From an uncultured bacterium (GTDB taxonomy: Bacteria > Patescibacteriota > Saccharimonadia > UBA4664 > SCTI01), in NCBI GenBank assembly GCA_963721685.1, contig CAVRJJ010000005.1, positions 1-37,942 of the forward strand: a stretch of 37,942 bases of DNA, in the 5' to 3' direction. This document shows, piece by piece, positions 7,078-16,043 of the stretch. The position numbers and the translations under genes are program-made. The notes under the pieces were generated by a model. The model was not told the origin of the DNA and ran no database searches. It worked only from the letters and a program-made list of their open reading frames with translations. Every line of letters begins with the position of its first letter. The stretch's first letter is position 1.

Positions 7078-7320
7078 ATGAGTTACAGTTGCGACATTTG
7101 CGGTAAAGGTAAGCAGTTCGGCCATAACGTGCCGTTTTCCCAAAAGAAAACGAACAAAGTGTGGAAGCCGAACCTGCAACGTACCCATTTAACAATTGAC
7201 GGCTCAAAGATGCGGGTTAAAATCTGCACTCAGTGCATGCGCACGCTAGCTAAATATCAGCGTGCCGCCGACAAAACCAAAACCGACAAGCAACCGGCCC
7301 AAACCCCCGCTTCCGTTTAA
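7078..7320 (+). CDS. rpmB: 50S ribosomal protein L28
   Basis: MSYSCDICGKGKQFGHNVPFSQKKTNKVWKPNLQR...VKICTQCMRT is the L28 signature. A lysine- and threonine-rich C-terminal tail follows. Confidence 0.92.
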   Translation: MSYSCDICGKGKQFGHNVPFSQKKTNKVWKPNLQRTHLTIDGSKMRVKICTQCMRTLAKYQRAADKTKTDKQPAQTPASV

Positions 7321-7958
7321 CTGCCTTGACGCTGCAATACTACGACGGTAACTTCGGCCGGTATGTCTTTGGTTGTTACCCGCAGGCGAGCCTGTGGTTC
7401 ACTGTGCGCGCCAATTTCTTTCAGGAAAACCTCAAGCTTGTCCTGGGGCACTTCGTACTTGGTTTCACCGTCATCGTAATGAGTGGGAATAATATACTTT
7501 GGCTCTAACTGGCTGATAATTTGGGCGGCGGCGGTTGCGTCAAGCGTATAGCCATGTCCGCCAACCGGTACAATCAAGACATCAGCCTGGCTGAGCGTCT
7601 CAACCTGCTCGTTGGAAAGCTTTGGCTCAATATTGCCTAAATATCCTACGCGAACCCCTTCAACCATGATCATATAAACCGTCGCGGTTGCCGGAGCGGT
7701 TGGCTCATCAATATGCAGCCTGGCCGGCACTCCGGTTATCATTGCCCCTTTTATTTCATATTCGCCGGGTCGGTCAATGACCATGTCGGACTTTGCCGAG
7801 ACTGGAACACCCTCTTTTGCAACTGAAGACAGCAATGTAGCGTTATTGCTGCCCTTAATTTCCGGGAACCCGCTTTCTTTGGCATAGGGATCAATTATTA
7901 CCGCTAAGTCTTTGGCGGTGATCCGCACACTATTCATCCCAAGGTATGAGATTTCCAT
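7317..7958 (-). CDS. MBL-fold metal-dependent hydrolase (UPF0173-like)
   Basis: 213 aa. The pattern MEISYLGMNSVRITAKDLAVIIDPY ... VLIVPVGGHGYTLD ... IIPTHYD is typical of small beta-lactamase-fold hydrolases. Confidence 0.7.
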   Translation of the reverse strand: MEISYLGMNSVRITAKDLAVIIDPYAKESGFPEIKGSNNATLLSSVAKEGVPVSAKSDMVIDRPGEYEIKGAMITGVPARLHIDEPTAPATATVYMIMVEGVRVGYLGNIEPKLSNEQVETLSQADVLIVPVGGHGYTLDATAAAQIISQLEPKYIIPTHYDDGETKYEVPQDKLEVFLKEIGAHSEPQARLRVTTKDIPAEVTVVVLQRQGS

Positions 7959-7971
7959 TCAATTACTCCAG

Positions 7972-8640
7972 TTAGTTGGTGTCGGCCCGAATCTCTACCG
8001 GAACAGCGACTTCGGGAATGTCATCGGCAAAGGCGGCCGGTGCCGGCTTGAGGTTAGCGGAACGCTCATCTACCAATATAATCTTCTTGGCGGCCATTAC
8101 GCTGGCCAAAAACCGGTCGTTCAGGCGCTGCCGGTACGAGTACTCTTCCGGCGTCATTACGGTATAGTTAATTTCGCGCCCAAGGTCATGTTCGAGCTCA
8201 TTCATAAATTTCGCAACCCGGGCCCGGTTTACATCGCCCATGATAAAAAAGTCGGTGCCGGCGGCGTGGTCACGGACAAACGTCCCCGTTTCAAAAGCAA
8301 TTTGAACATTGCCGGTCGCTTTTAATTTTTTTAGCAGCTCATTATCTTCGCGGGTATCTTTGAGGTCGGTTTCTTCTTCCAGCGAAATATTAGTGAATAT
8401 CGACCGCAGCGGCGCGTAAAACTGGTACTTTTGGTTTACCTCGTAATAAAGGCGGTTGTTGTTGCTATCTGAGCGCACAATACCAATAGCCAGAAGATTG
8501 GACAGCTCGCGGCGCACCGAGTTGATTTGTTCATCGATTTTCCGGGTAATCTCACGGACATAATAAGGCCGGTTGGGATTATTAAGAAACAAACTTAATA
8601 ATTTTACTCGGGTCTTCGAGCCAAATAGTTGTTCGAACAA
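7972..8640 (-). CDS. winged-helix (ArsR-like) DNA-binding protein with an uncharacterised C-terminal domain
   Basis: 222 aa. The N-terminus FGSKTRVKLLSLFLNNPNRPYYVREITRKIDEQINSVRRELSNLLAIGIV has a wHTH pattern. Confidence 0.55.
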   Translation of the reverse strand: MFEQLFGSKTRVKLLSLFLNNPNRPYYVREITRKIDEQINSVRRELSNLLAIGIVRSDSNNNRLYYEVNQKYQFYAPLRSIFTNISLEEETDLKDTREDNELLKKLKATGNVQIAFETGTFVRDHAAGTDFFIMGDVNRARVAKFMNELEHDLGREINYTVMTPEEYSYRQRLNDRFLASVMAAKKIILVDERSANLKPAPAAFADDIPEVAVPVEIRADTN

Positions 8641-8670
8641 TGCAGCTCCTCGCGTGGTTTTTACTATCTG

Positions 8671-9903
8671 TTAAAAGTATACCAAACGATTATAAACCAC
8701 AATAGTGTTCGTGTTCAGACAGTTAGGCTGCCGGTTTGGAGCTGACTTTAGCCTTAACCGGATGCCATGGCCGGGGAGGTGTCGCTTACCGTATTGGATG
8801 AGGCCGCCAAAGCCAATAAGGACCACCATAAATACTACGAAACCGCCAATAAACGGCAGCAGCTCTATTAGGGTTAGAACCAACAGGCCCACGAACGCGT
8901 TGGCATACGGATTGGGGCGCCATTCGGCTTTGCCGCTTATCCATTCCCCAATTGCCAGCCCCACCCAAAAATGAGTCAAATAAATTGCAAGCGCGTATAA
9001 GCCCGCAGCTATCAACGCCAGCGGGAGTCCAACAAATGAAATCAACATAAGAATGATGAGTATGGGTGTGACCACCAAGCCCAGCACGCCCCATCCTAAA
9101 GCGGCTAAAGGACGCTCGGTAAGCTCAGAGGCCACCCCTAGCGGGAGATGCGGCACCAACCAAAGCAAGAGAGCCCCCACCAAGTAAATCGCGGCTAAGC
9201 TCCATATTGCCGCGAACACGGTATCGGCCACTTCATTCTTGTTAGATTCTTGTGCGGGACGGTTGTGGCTGGTTTCCCCTAGTACCTGGGCACCACTTTG
9301 CCGATGAATAGTAGCACTGCCGTGATAATTGAGGTCGCCACCTATAACTGCCGTTTTTTCCAGGGTGAGATCGTCTGTGCCAACGTACACGTCCTTACCC
9401 AGCTTGCCGCTCACTACAACTTTGCTGGCACCCCCCGCTACACTTTTAGCCACAGCGCCGCGAATGACTGCTCTGGATGAAGCAAAATTAAGCCCGCCGG
9501 AAATTACCGTATCACCTTCTATAGTCATATTTTGCGCGAACACCGTTACGCCCCCGCCGATCGCGGGGCTGGTTATCCTAACGGTTTGTCCGGCAGTGCG
9601 GACTCCCCCAGTCACTGTCCCGCTAATAAACACGTCTTGGCCCGCCGCGAAGACAGATCCATTAACCGTGCCTTTAATTTCTACTGATGATCCGGCGGCG
9701 TAAACATCACCATTTACCGTTCCTTCAATGAGGACCTGGTCTCCGGCAATATATAAGTCATCATCAACGGTACGGCCCGCCTCTACGGTGGCGCTGCCTT
9801 CATCCGAAGCAACCACTGCCGCGTAGCCAGCCGTTGGCACAATTACCGCAACAAGCAGAGCAAATACTAACAATAGTTTTTTACCCACTAGATAGCTCCG
9901 CAT
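8671..9903 (-). CDS. exported or membrane protein with bactofilin-like (polymer-forming cytoskeletal) beta-helical repeats and a polytopic C-terminus
   Basis: 410 aa. It has a signal-like N-terminus (KKLLLVFALLVAVIVPTAGYA). Repeated units follow: G-D-V-Y-A-A-G-x-x-V-x-I-x-G-T-V-x-G. The last ~170 aa are hydrophobic helices. Confidence 0.55.
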   Translation of the reverse strand: MRSYLVGKKLLLVFALLVAVIVPTAGYAAVVASDEGSATVEAGRTVDDDLYIAGDQVLIEGTVNGDVYAAGSSVEIKGTVNGSVFAAGQDVFISGTVTGGVRTAGQTVRITSPAIGGGVTVFAQNMTIEGDTVISGGLNFASSRAVIRGAVAKSVAGGASKVVVSGKLGKDVYVGTDDLTLEKTAVIGGDLNYHGSATIHRQSGAQVLGETSHNRPAQESNKNEVADTVFAAIWSLAAIYLVGALLLWLVPHLPLGVASELTERPLAALGWGVLGLVVTPILIILMLISFVGLPLALIAAGLYALAIYLTHFWVGLAIGEWISGKAEWRPNPYANAFVGLLVLTLIELLPFIGGFVVFMVVLIGFGGLIQYGKRHLPGHGIRLRLKSAPNRQPNCLNTNTIVVYNRLVYF

Positions 9904-9977
9904 CTCATTCTCCGCCTAATACTAGTAGTATCTCCCTTAGCAAAGCCAACTACAAGCATAAGAAATGTGAAGCTTTA

Positions 9978-10700
9978 TTACTGCGGACGGCCAACTGCCT
10001 GCATGACGGCCGCTTGCTCTAGCGCGTTATCAAGCGGTTCAAGCTTATTAATGCCGTATTTGCGCTGCAAAGCCGTGGCAAGCAGATGGTCGGCAAACCT
10101 GAAATTTTTGGGAAGAATTGGACCATGAAGATAGGTGCCATGCACTTGGTACGTAACGGCTCCTTCGTGCCCGCTATCACCGTCATTCCCGTAACCCTGC
10201 ACTACCTTCCCCAGCGCTTCCAGGCCAGGTGCCAAGAGCGTGCGGCCGCTATGGTTTTCAAATCCCACCAATTGTCCAAATGAGGATTCGACCACTACGT
10301 TCCCAATCATTCGCTCCGATGAGCCAACGGTGCTGGCGTCAAAGATCGAAATGCCCGGGATCTCCGTGTTGTCCAAGGTAGTAAAGCCGTGCCCAAATAG
10401 TTGGTAAGTACCACAAATAACCAACATCGGCACACCGGCTTTGGCGGCGGCGTGCAGCGCCTTGGCATGCCGCTGGAGGTCCTTGCCCACGGCCAGCTGC
10501 CCCCGGTCTTGGCCTCCCCCGCCAAAAATTATATCGGCGGCGGCGATATCCAACTTGTCACCTATACCCCCAGCCCGAACTACCGGCTTATACCCCCGCC
10601 ATTTTAAGCGCTGGACCAGTGTGAGAATGTTGCCCCGGTCGCCATACATATTAAGTTCCTCGGGGTAAAGATGAAGGATGGTAATTTCTTTCATCGCCAC
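9978..10700 (-). CDS. gatD: lipid II isoglutaminyl synthase, glutaminase subunit GatD
   Basis: 240 aa. The motifs LNMYGDRGN, FGGGGQDR, VICGTYQLFG (catalytic Cys), GFENHSGRT and GTYLHGPILPKN closely follow the GatD (CobQ-type GATase) pattern. It overlaps murT by 10 nt. Confidence 0.8.
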   Translation of the reverse strand: MAMKEITILHLYPEELNMYGDRGNILTLVQRLKWRGYKPVVRAGGIGDKLDIAAADIIFGGGGQDRGQLAVGKDLQRHAKALHAAAKAGVPMLVICGTYQLFGHGFTTLDNTEIPGISIFDASTVGSSERMIGNVVVESSFGQLVGFENHSGRTLLAPGLEALGKVVQGYGNDGDSGHEGAVTYQVHGTYLHGPILPKNFRFADHLLATALQRKYGINKLEPLDNALEQAAVMQAVGRPQ

Positions 10701-12058
10701 ACCTCTTCAAGATGAGTCATCTTACCCAATTGCTTACGCAAGGCAAGCATGGCGGTATAGGTGGGCACCAGATAGCCAATACCGCCCTCCGGAAGTTGAG
10801 CAATAAACTGGTTCAACGCTGCTTCAAGCTCAGATTCGGACGCTTCCACCATAATATCGGCATACTTGAGACGCAGGGCCATATCATTTGAGCGCAAACC
10901 GGAAACCGTAATGCGGTGGTCTTGGGGCATTAGCTCTTCGAAAGCGACGTCCCACAGCCAAGATATATCCCGGCCATCCGCGAAGTTATCGTTGATGCAA
11001 ATCAATAAATGCTGTTGTTGTTTCTGCAACAAGAAAGTTTGAATTATCTGATTAAACCCGGTTGGGTTCTTTACCAGCAACAGGTATATCGTTTTGTTTT
11101 GTATGGTTATCTTTTCAACCCGGCCAAAGGCCGCTTCGACGCTAGCTAATGAACGTCCGACGCCCATGTGGGCAAATCCCGCGTCATGGGCAACACTGGC
11201 GGCCGCTAACGCGTTGTAAATATTGTAGAGTCCTGGAAGTTGGAGGTGGACTGTTAGCTCGTGCTTAGGCACGGTGATCGTTGCCTCTGCCGACTGATCT
11301 CGCAGCTTAACATGGTGCGCGGAGTAGATGGGTTTTGGACGGGCAAAATGCCCTTTTGTACAACTATAGTGCCCAATGTGGCCAAAAAAGTTTTTGGTGT
11401 ATACCAGTGTTCTACCACACTTCGGACAGGAGTGGGAATCGGATGTTACATCATGAGCAAGCTTTGCGGACTCAGCGTCCTCAACCCCAAAAAATACGGT
11501 TCTCTCTGGATCGGCGAAGCTGGCCAAGCCAGCCACCAACGGGTCGTCGGCATTAAGAAATAACTTAGCCTCCGTAGCAGCGATGCCCTTGCCAATTAGC
11601 TTAGCAGTCGTATCGAGTTCTCCATAACGGTCAAGCTGGTCGCGAAAGATATTAAGCACCACAATCACCCGCGGCTGCACCAGCTCGCAAACCGCCGGCA
11701 TAGCTGCCTCATCGACTTCGAAGAGCCCCATCGTCTGGGTATACCCTTTTGAAAGGTTAGCGTGGTCGATTAAAGCCGAAACCACGCCTCGGCTTAAGTT
11801 TGAGCCGGCAGTATTTACCACCAGCCTCTCCCCCGCGTCGGTTAATACCTTTGCCAGCATCTTGGCAGTAGTAGTTTTGCCGTTGGTGCCGGTAACAATA
11901 ATACTGCCATGCGGAATCTGGCGGGCCAGCTTGCGGCCGATTGTTGGATCAATCCGCTCCGCCACTAGGCCCGGGAGAGCCGACCCCCCTCCTTTGCCCA
12001 GCAAACGGCTCAGAATAATAATAAACTTTCCGATAGTAATGGTGACAATTAGCGGCAT
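10691..12058 (-). CDS. murT: lipid II isoglutaminyl synthase, Mur-ligase-like subunit MurT
   Basis: 455 aa. It has the Mur-ligase P-loop VTGTNGKTTTAKM, a Cys-rich ribbon CPKCGRTLVY..GHYSC, and a C-terminal DISWLWDV (DUF1727-like) region. Confidence 0.85.
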   Translation of the reverse strand: MPLIVTITIGKFIIILSRLLGKGGGSALPGLVAERIDPTIGRKLARQIPHGSIIVTGTNGKTTTAKMLAKVLTDAGERLVVNTAGSNLSRGVVSALIDHANLSKGYTQTMGLFEVDEAAMPAVCELVQPRVIVVLNIFRDQLDRYGELDTTAKLIGKGIAATEAKLFLNADDPLVAGLASFADPERTVFFGVEDAESAKLAHDVTSDSHSCPKCGRTLVYTKNFFGHIGHYSCTKGHFARPKPIYSAHHVKLRDQSAEATITVPKHELTVHLQLPGLYNIYNALAAASVAHDAGFAHMGVGRSLASVEAAFGRVEKITIQNKTIYLLLVKNPTGFNQIIQTFLLQKQQQHLLICINDNFADGRDISWLWDVAFEELMPQDHRITVSGLRSNDMALRLKYADIMVEASESELEAALNQFIAQLPEGGIGYLVPTYTAMLALRKQLGKMTHLEEVWR

Positions 12059-12067
12059 AAGCTTATT

Positions 12068-12940
12068 CTACCTTATTGATAGTAAGGTTAAGCCGAGGAT
12101 TACTACCAACGCACCGATTAATTGATAACGCGATAAGCGCTCCTTGAAGAAGTACAAGGCGAGCGCTACGGTTATAAGGGGTGAAACTGATGTTACCGGT
12201 GCCACAATCGCCACCAATGATGAAGAAAAACCGTAATTCACCAAAATGGTTCCAATAAAACCAAAAGCAGCGATTCCAATAATGGTTTTATTTATTGGCC
12301 TATATTTAGATGAAAAAAATGATTCTTTAGTAATAGTCATAAATGTTCCGACACCAAGAATGACAATGATACCCTGCGCCAACATTGAGTTTTGCCATCC
12401 TACCAGATGAACCAACTGGGCAAGGAAAAATAGCGATATTCCGATACAGATGGCTCCAACAAGTGCCCAGTAGACGGTAGGTTGACGCCAAAACCTTTTT
12501 TGCGGACGGTGTGTATCGTGACTAACCGAAGCCAACATGCCTCCCAAAACCAAGAAAAATACCGCGACAAGCTGAATTGGACGTAAGCGTTCGTGGAGAA
12601 AAACGATCGAAAGCAAGGCTGCGACAAGCGCATAAACGCTTACAAAAGGACTCGCCAAACAAACGGGACCGAGCTTAAAGGCATGAAATATGGCACGTTG
12701 CCCTAGAATAAGAAGCCCGCCAGTAAGCAATGCGGGTATAAGAGCCTCGCCAGAAAAATAAACCTTCCAGCCCATAATTACAAAAGCCCCTACAATAAGC
12801 GCCAGCATTACTACCCTGGTCCAGAATATTGCCCGTAGAACACTATAATTACGGGCGGCGTGGGCCGCAAAAAAATCACTGACGCCAAAACCTGCAGCCG
12901 CGCCAAGACCAGTTAATATACCTAGTGATAGATCAGACAC
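12068..12940 (-). CDS. DMT/EamA-family transporter
   Basis: About ten TM helices in two EamA-like halves. I start it at the in-frame GTG at 12940, which has GGAAAGG about 13 nt upstream. The track ORF 12068..13159 would otherwise run 210 nt into miaA. Confidence 0.7.
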   Translation of the reverse strand: MSDLSLGILTGLGAAAGFGVSDFFAAHAARNYSVLRAIFWTRVVMLALIVGAFVIMGWKVYFSGEALIPALLTGGLLILGQRAIFHAFKLGPVCLASPFVSVYALVAALLSIVFLHERLRPIQLVAVFFLVLGGMLASVSHDTHRPQKRFWRQPTVYWALVGAICIGISLFFLAQLVHLVGWQNSMLAQGIIVILGVGTFMTITKESFFSSKYRPINKTIIGIAAFGFIGTILVNYGFSSSLVAIVAPVTSVSPLITVALALYFFKERLSRYQLIGALVVILGLTLLSIR

Positions 12941-12947
12941 GAGTGTA

Positions 12948-13817
12948 TTATACCTTTCCAGCGACCTGCTTGATGAGGTTGGTTGCCTCGCCATGCGATT
13001 TGACCCATTCAATAGCAGTATTACGCTTAAACCAAGTGATTTGACGCTTAGCCAGTTGCCGCAAATGGAGGTTGATGAGGGCTTGAAGTTGAGCGACATT
13101 GCCTCCCTTTTGCCGGTATTCGAGGATTTCCCGGTACGGTGGTGTATTGAGCGGCTCAATCATACCGAATGTTGTTGCTAAAACATCAGTTTCTTCGAGA
13201 ATATTTTTTTCAAACCATTGCTTAGTACGCTCCACGATACGCTGTTCAATCATTTCAATGCCCGGGTTGAGGCCAATAATATAATAATTTTTCGGTATTT
13301 CACGGGGTTGGTATAGACTCTCTCCGGAACTGACTGCCCGCTCTAACCTGCGCCGATTGAATTGGTCGCTTGGATTAAGCTCTATCCCCTTTTCATCCAG
13401 TAAGACGCGCAATTGATCATCACTGAAGCCAGCCAGCCCCTGCTTCCCTCCTGCCGAGGACACCGGTCGGAAGGAAAAATCATAGAGTAACGCATCAATA
13501 TAAAGCCCGGAGCCGCCAACTATCATCGGCAAGTTGCCGCGGCCTTGAATATCCCTGATAAATTTAGTAGCCAAATGCTTAAAATCAACTACTGAAAACG
13601 GCTTGTCCGGGTTAACCACGTCAATCAGGTGATGCGGGACTATTTGCTGTTCGGCCAGGGTCGGCTTGGCGGTCCCTAAATCCATGCCGCGGTACACCGT
13701 CCGCGAGTCGGCGCAGATAATTTCACCCCTATACTGCTGGGCAATTTGGATAGCCAGGGCAGTTTTTCCACTGGCGGTCGGTCCGACAATAAAAATTACC
13801 GGAGCCGAATTAGACAT
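12948..13817 (-). CDS. miaA: tRNA dimethylallyltransferase
   Basis: From the ATG at 13817: MSNSAPVIFIVGPTASGKTALAIQIA..ICADSRTVYRGMDLGTAKP..HHLID. P-loop and the MiaA pattern. The longer track ORF start (13955) overlaps the upstream gene. Confidence 0.9.
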   Translation of the reverse strand: MSNSAPVIFIVGPTASGKTALAIQIAQQYRGEIICADSRTVYRGMDLGTAKPTLAEQQIVPHHLIDVVNPDKPFSVVDFKHLATKFIRDIQGRGNLPMIVGGSGLYIDALLYDFSFRPVSSAGGKQGLAGFSDDQLRVLLDEKGIELNPSDQFNRRRLERAVSSGESLYQPREIPKNYYIIGLNPGIEMIEQRIVERTKQWFEKNILEETDVLATTFGMIEPLNTPPYREILEYRQKGGNVAQLQALINLHLRQLAKRQITWFKRNTAIEWVKSHGEATNLIKQVAGKV

Positions 13818-14214
13818 CGTCACCTTCCAGTCCCAGCATCGATTGCTTCCCCGGATCCGTTCCCGGCGGCCACCAGATAAGGGATTGGATATCCACCTTA
13901 TATTCCCCATCCACTTTAACGCCATCAGCCTCGAGGTCGCGTTTGTGGGCATCACGGCCGCCGCTGGTGTAACCGCCAGCTAAACCGCCCTGCTTATTCA
14001 CCACGCGCTGCCATGGCAAGTCTGGCGGTCCCCAGTGGGCAACCTGGCCGACAATCCTGGCTGAGCGCGGCGACCCGCATAAGGCCGCGATCTGGCCATA
14101 GGTCATAACGCTCCCCTTAGGGATTTGCACCACCAGGTCGTAGACGTCTTGGGCAAACTGCCCGTCTGGACGTTCAGGTAAGACTTGAATGGGATGCCCG
14201 CTGCTTGATTTCAT
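13810..14214 (-). CDS. MGMT-family DNA-binding protein lacking the acceptor cysteine (alkyltransferase-like, ATL/YbaZ type)
   Basis: VYDLVVQIPKGSVMTYGQIA...PWQRVVNKQG. The sequence PWQRV stands where active MGMTs have PCHRV. The ATG at 14214 lies 41 nt inside the 3' end of thrS. Confidence 0.65.
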   Translation of the reverse strand: MKSSSGHPIQVLPERPDGQFAQDVYDLVVQIPKGSVMTYGQIAALCGSPRSARIVGQVAHWGPPDLPWQRVVNKQGGLAGGYTSGGRDAHKRDLEADGVKVDGEYKVDIQSLIWWPPGTDPGKQSMLGLEGDDV

Positions 14215-16030
14215 CTTGCACTTGGATAATAAAACGCTCAAACGACAGTTTCGGCTCACCATCGCCCAGGTCTTTGCGAATACGCGGGCTCACCTCGCCG
14301 GAGCTAACTTCCTGTTCGCCCACTACGATGGTGTAAGGTACCTTACCCATGCTGGCTAAACGGATTTTTTTTCCAACCGACTCGGAAGCGTCATCAATAT
14401 CCGCTCGTATGCCGGCTTTTTTCAACTGCAGTCGCATTTCTTTGGTTTTATCCTGGATTTCCGGAGCGTCACTTACCGTCAGCAAACGCACTTGTTCTGG
14501 CGACAACCACACCGGGAAGTTACCAGCCGTGTGCTCAATATAGATACTCAGGAACCGGTCGATTGAGCCCATGATCGCGGCGTGGATCATTACAATCCGT
14601 TCTTTTTCCCCGGCTTCGTTAATGCACGATAGGTCAAACCCTTCCGGTTGGTTAAAGTCGAGCTGGATGGTAGCTACCTGCCACTCCCGACCTATGGCGT
14701 CGCGGCCGATAAAATCAATCTTCGGGCCATAAAACGCCGCCTCACCAAGACCGTCAAGATAGTCTTCGCCAACCTTTTGCTCAATAATCGCCTTTATTTG
14801 GTTTTCGGCCGTGCCCCAAGCATCTGGTGATCCCGAATACGCATCCATGGCGTCAGGGTCATGCCGAGAAAATCGGACCTTTAGATTATCAAAGTTGAGC
14901 GTGCTATAGAACCGCTCCACGATGTTCCAAATTTTCAAAACCTCATCCTCAATCTGGCCGTTGCGGCAAAACACGTGCGCGTCATCCTGGGTAAAGGCCC
15001 GCACCCGGCTTAAGCCAAATAGCTCACCGGTCTGCTCGTCACGATAACAGGTGGTCGTTTCGCGGTAACGGACGGGCAGCTCCCGGTAGGAGCGGGGCCG
15101 GCCGGCATATATTTGGGTATGGTGCGGGCAGTTCATCGGCTTCATCGCGAATTCATGGCCTTCACGGGTAGTTATGCGGAAGAGGTCATCGGCAAACTTT
15201 GTCCAGTGGCCGCTAGCTATATAGGCATCTTTTTTAGTTATGTGGGGAATACTGACTTCCTGGTAATCATACTCATCCCGCATTTCCTGCACGAAATTGT
15301 CCAGTTGGCGCCGCAAAACCGCTCCCCTTGGAGTAAATAATGGTAGCCCAGGTCCAATGAGATCGGAAAAGGTAAATAAATCCAGCTCTTTGCCCAATTT
15401 TCGATGATCCCGCTTTTCGGCTTCAGCCTGTTGAGCTAGGTAATTGTTCAACTCCTCTTTTTCGGCAAATGCCACGCCATACACCCGCTGCATTTGAGGG
15501 TTTTCGGCCTTTCCGCGCCAGTAGGCACCAGACACCTTAGTAAGCTTGAAGGCTCCCGCCTGTTTAGTGGTTTCCAGGTGGCCACCGCGGCATAAATCGG
15601 TAAAACCGCCATTGGTATATAGGCTTACTGTTGTAATTTTTTCTGCATTGCCAATTCCCAGCTGCTCCCGGTCGATATCTTTGGCAACGGTAGTTCCGTG
15701 GGTTTTAAGATCACTTAACAGCTCCACTTTATAAGGCTGCTTGCTCTCATCGAAGTAGGCGACAGCTTTTTCAATATCCATATCCTGGTGCTCAAACCGG
15801 TCGCCCGCCTTGATTATTTCCTTCATCTTAGCTTCGATTCGGGGGAGGTCTTCGGGCGTTATGGTTTCCGTTAAGTCGAAATCGTAATAGAAACCATTTT
15901 CAATAACCGGACCCACGCCGAATTTTACCCCCGGATAAAGCTCCTGGACGGCGGTCGCCAAGATATGTGCCATCGAATGGCGCATTGCATGCAAATCTTT
16001 CTTATTTATATCGGTCTTCTCCTCAGCCAT
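14174..16030 (-). CDS. thrS: threonine--tRNA ligase (no N-terminal TGS domain)
   Basis: 618 aa. Editing-site HSMAHIL sits at residues 18-24, followed by GPVIENGFYYDFDL. The class II core motifs (FAMKPMNCPHH, TTCYRDE, RVRAFTQDDAH) and the anticodon-binding C-terminus are present. Confidence 0.95.
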   Translation of the reverse strand: MAEEKTDINKKDLHAMRHSMAHILATAVQELYPGVKFGVGPVIENGFYYDFDLTETITPEDLPRIEAKMKEIIKAGDRFEHQDMDIEKAVAYFDESKQPYKVELLSDLKTHGTTVAKDIDREQLGIGNAEKITTVSLYTNGGFTDLCRGGHLETTKQAGAFKLTKVSGAYWRGKAENPQMQRVYGVAFAEKEELNNYLAQQAEAEKRDHRKLGKELDLFTFSDLIGPGLPLFTPRGAVLRRQLDNFVQEMRDEYDYQEVSIPHITKKDAYIASGHWTKFADDLFRITTREGHEFAMKPMNCPHHTQIYAGRPRSYRELPVRYRETTTCYRDEQTGELFGLSRVRAFTQDDAHVFCRNGQIEDEVLKIWNIVERFYSTLNFDNLKVRFSRHDPDAMDAYSGSPDAWGTAENQIKAIIEQKVGEDYLDGLGEAAFYGPKIDFIGRDAIGREWQVATIQLDFNQPEGFDLSCINEAGEKERIVMIHAAIMGSIDRFLSIYIEHTAGNFPVWLSPEQVRLLTVSDAPEIQDKTKEMRLQLKKAGIRADIDDASESVGKKIRLASMGKVPYTIVVGEQEVSSGEVSPRIRKDLGDGEPKLSFERFIIQVQDEIKQRASHSSLT

Positions 16031-16043
16031 GACTTACTTCTCC

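Noticed and set aside
12941-13159. Long N-terminal extensions in the ORF track (12068..13159, 12948..13955, 13810..14262, 18024.., 26008.., ..27963, ..28698, ..31458)
   Set aside because: The extensions overlap the conserved 3' ends of upstream genes or a tRNA. Internal starts with RBS-like sequences coincide with the conserved N-termini of the respective families.
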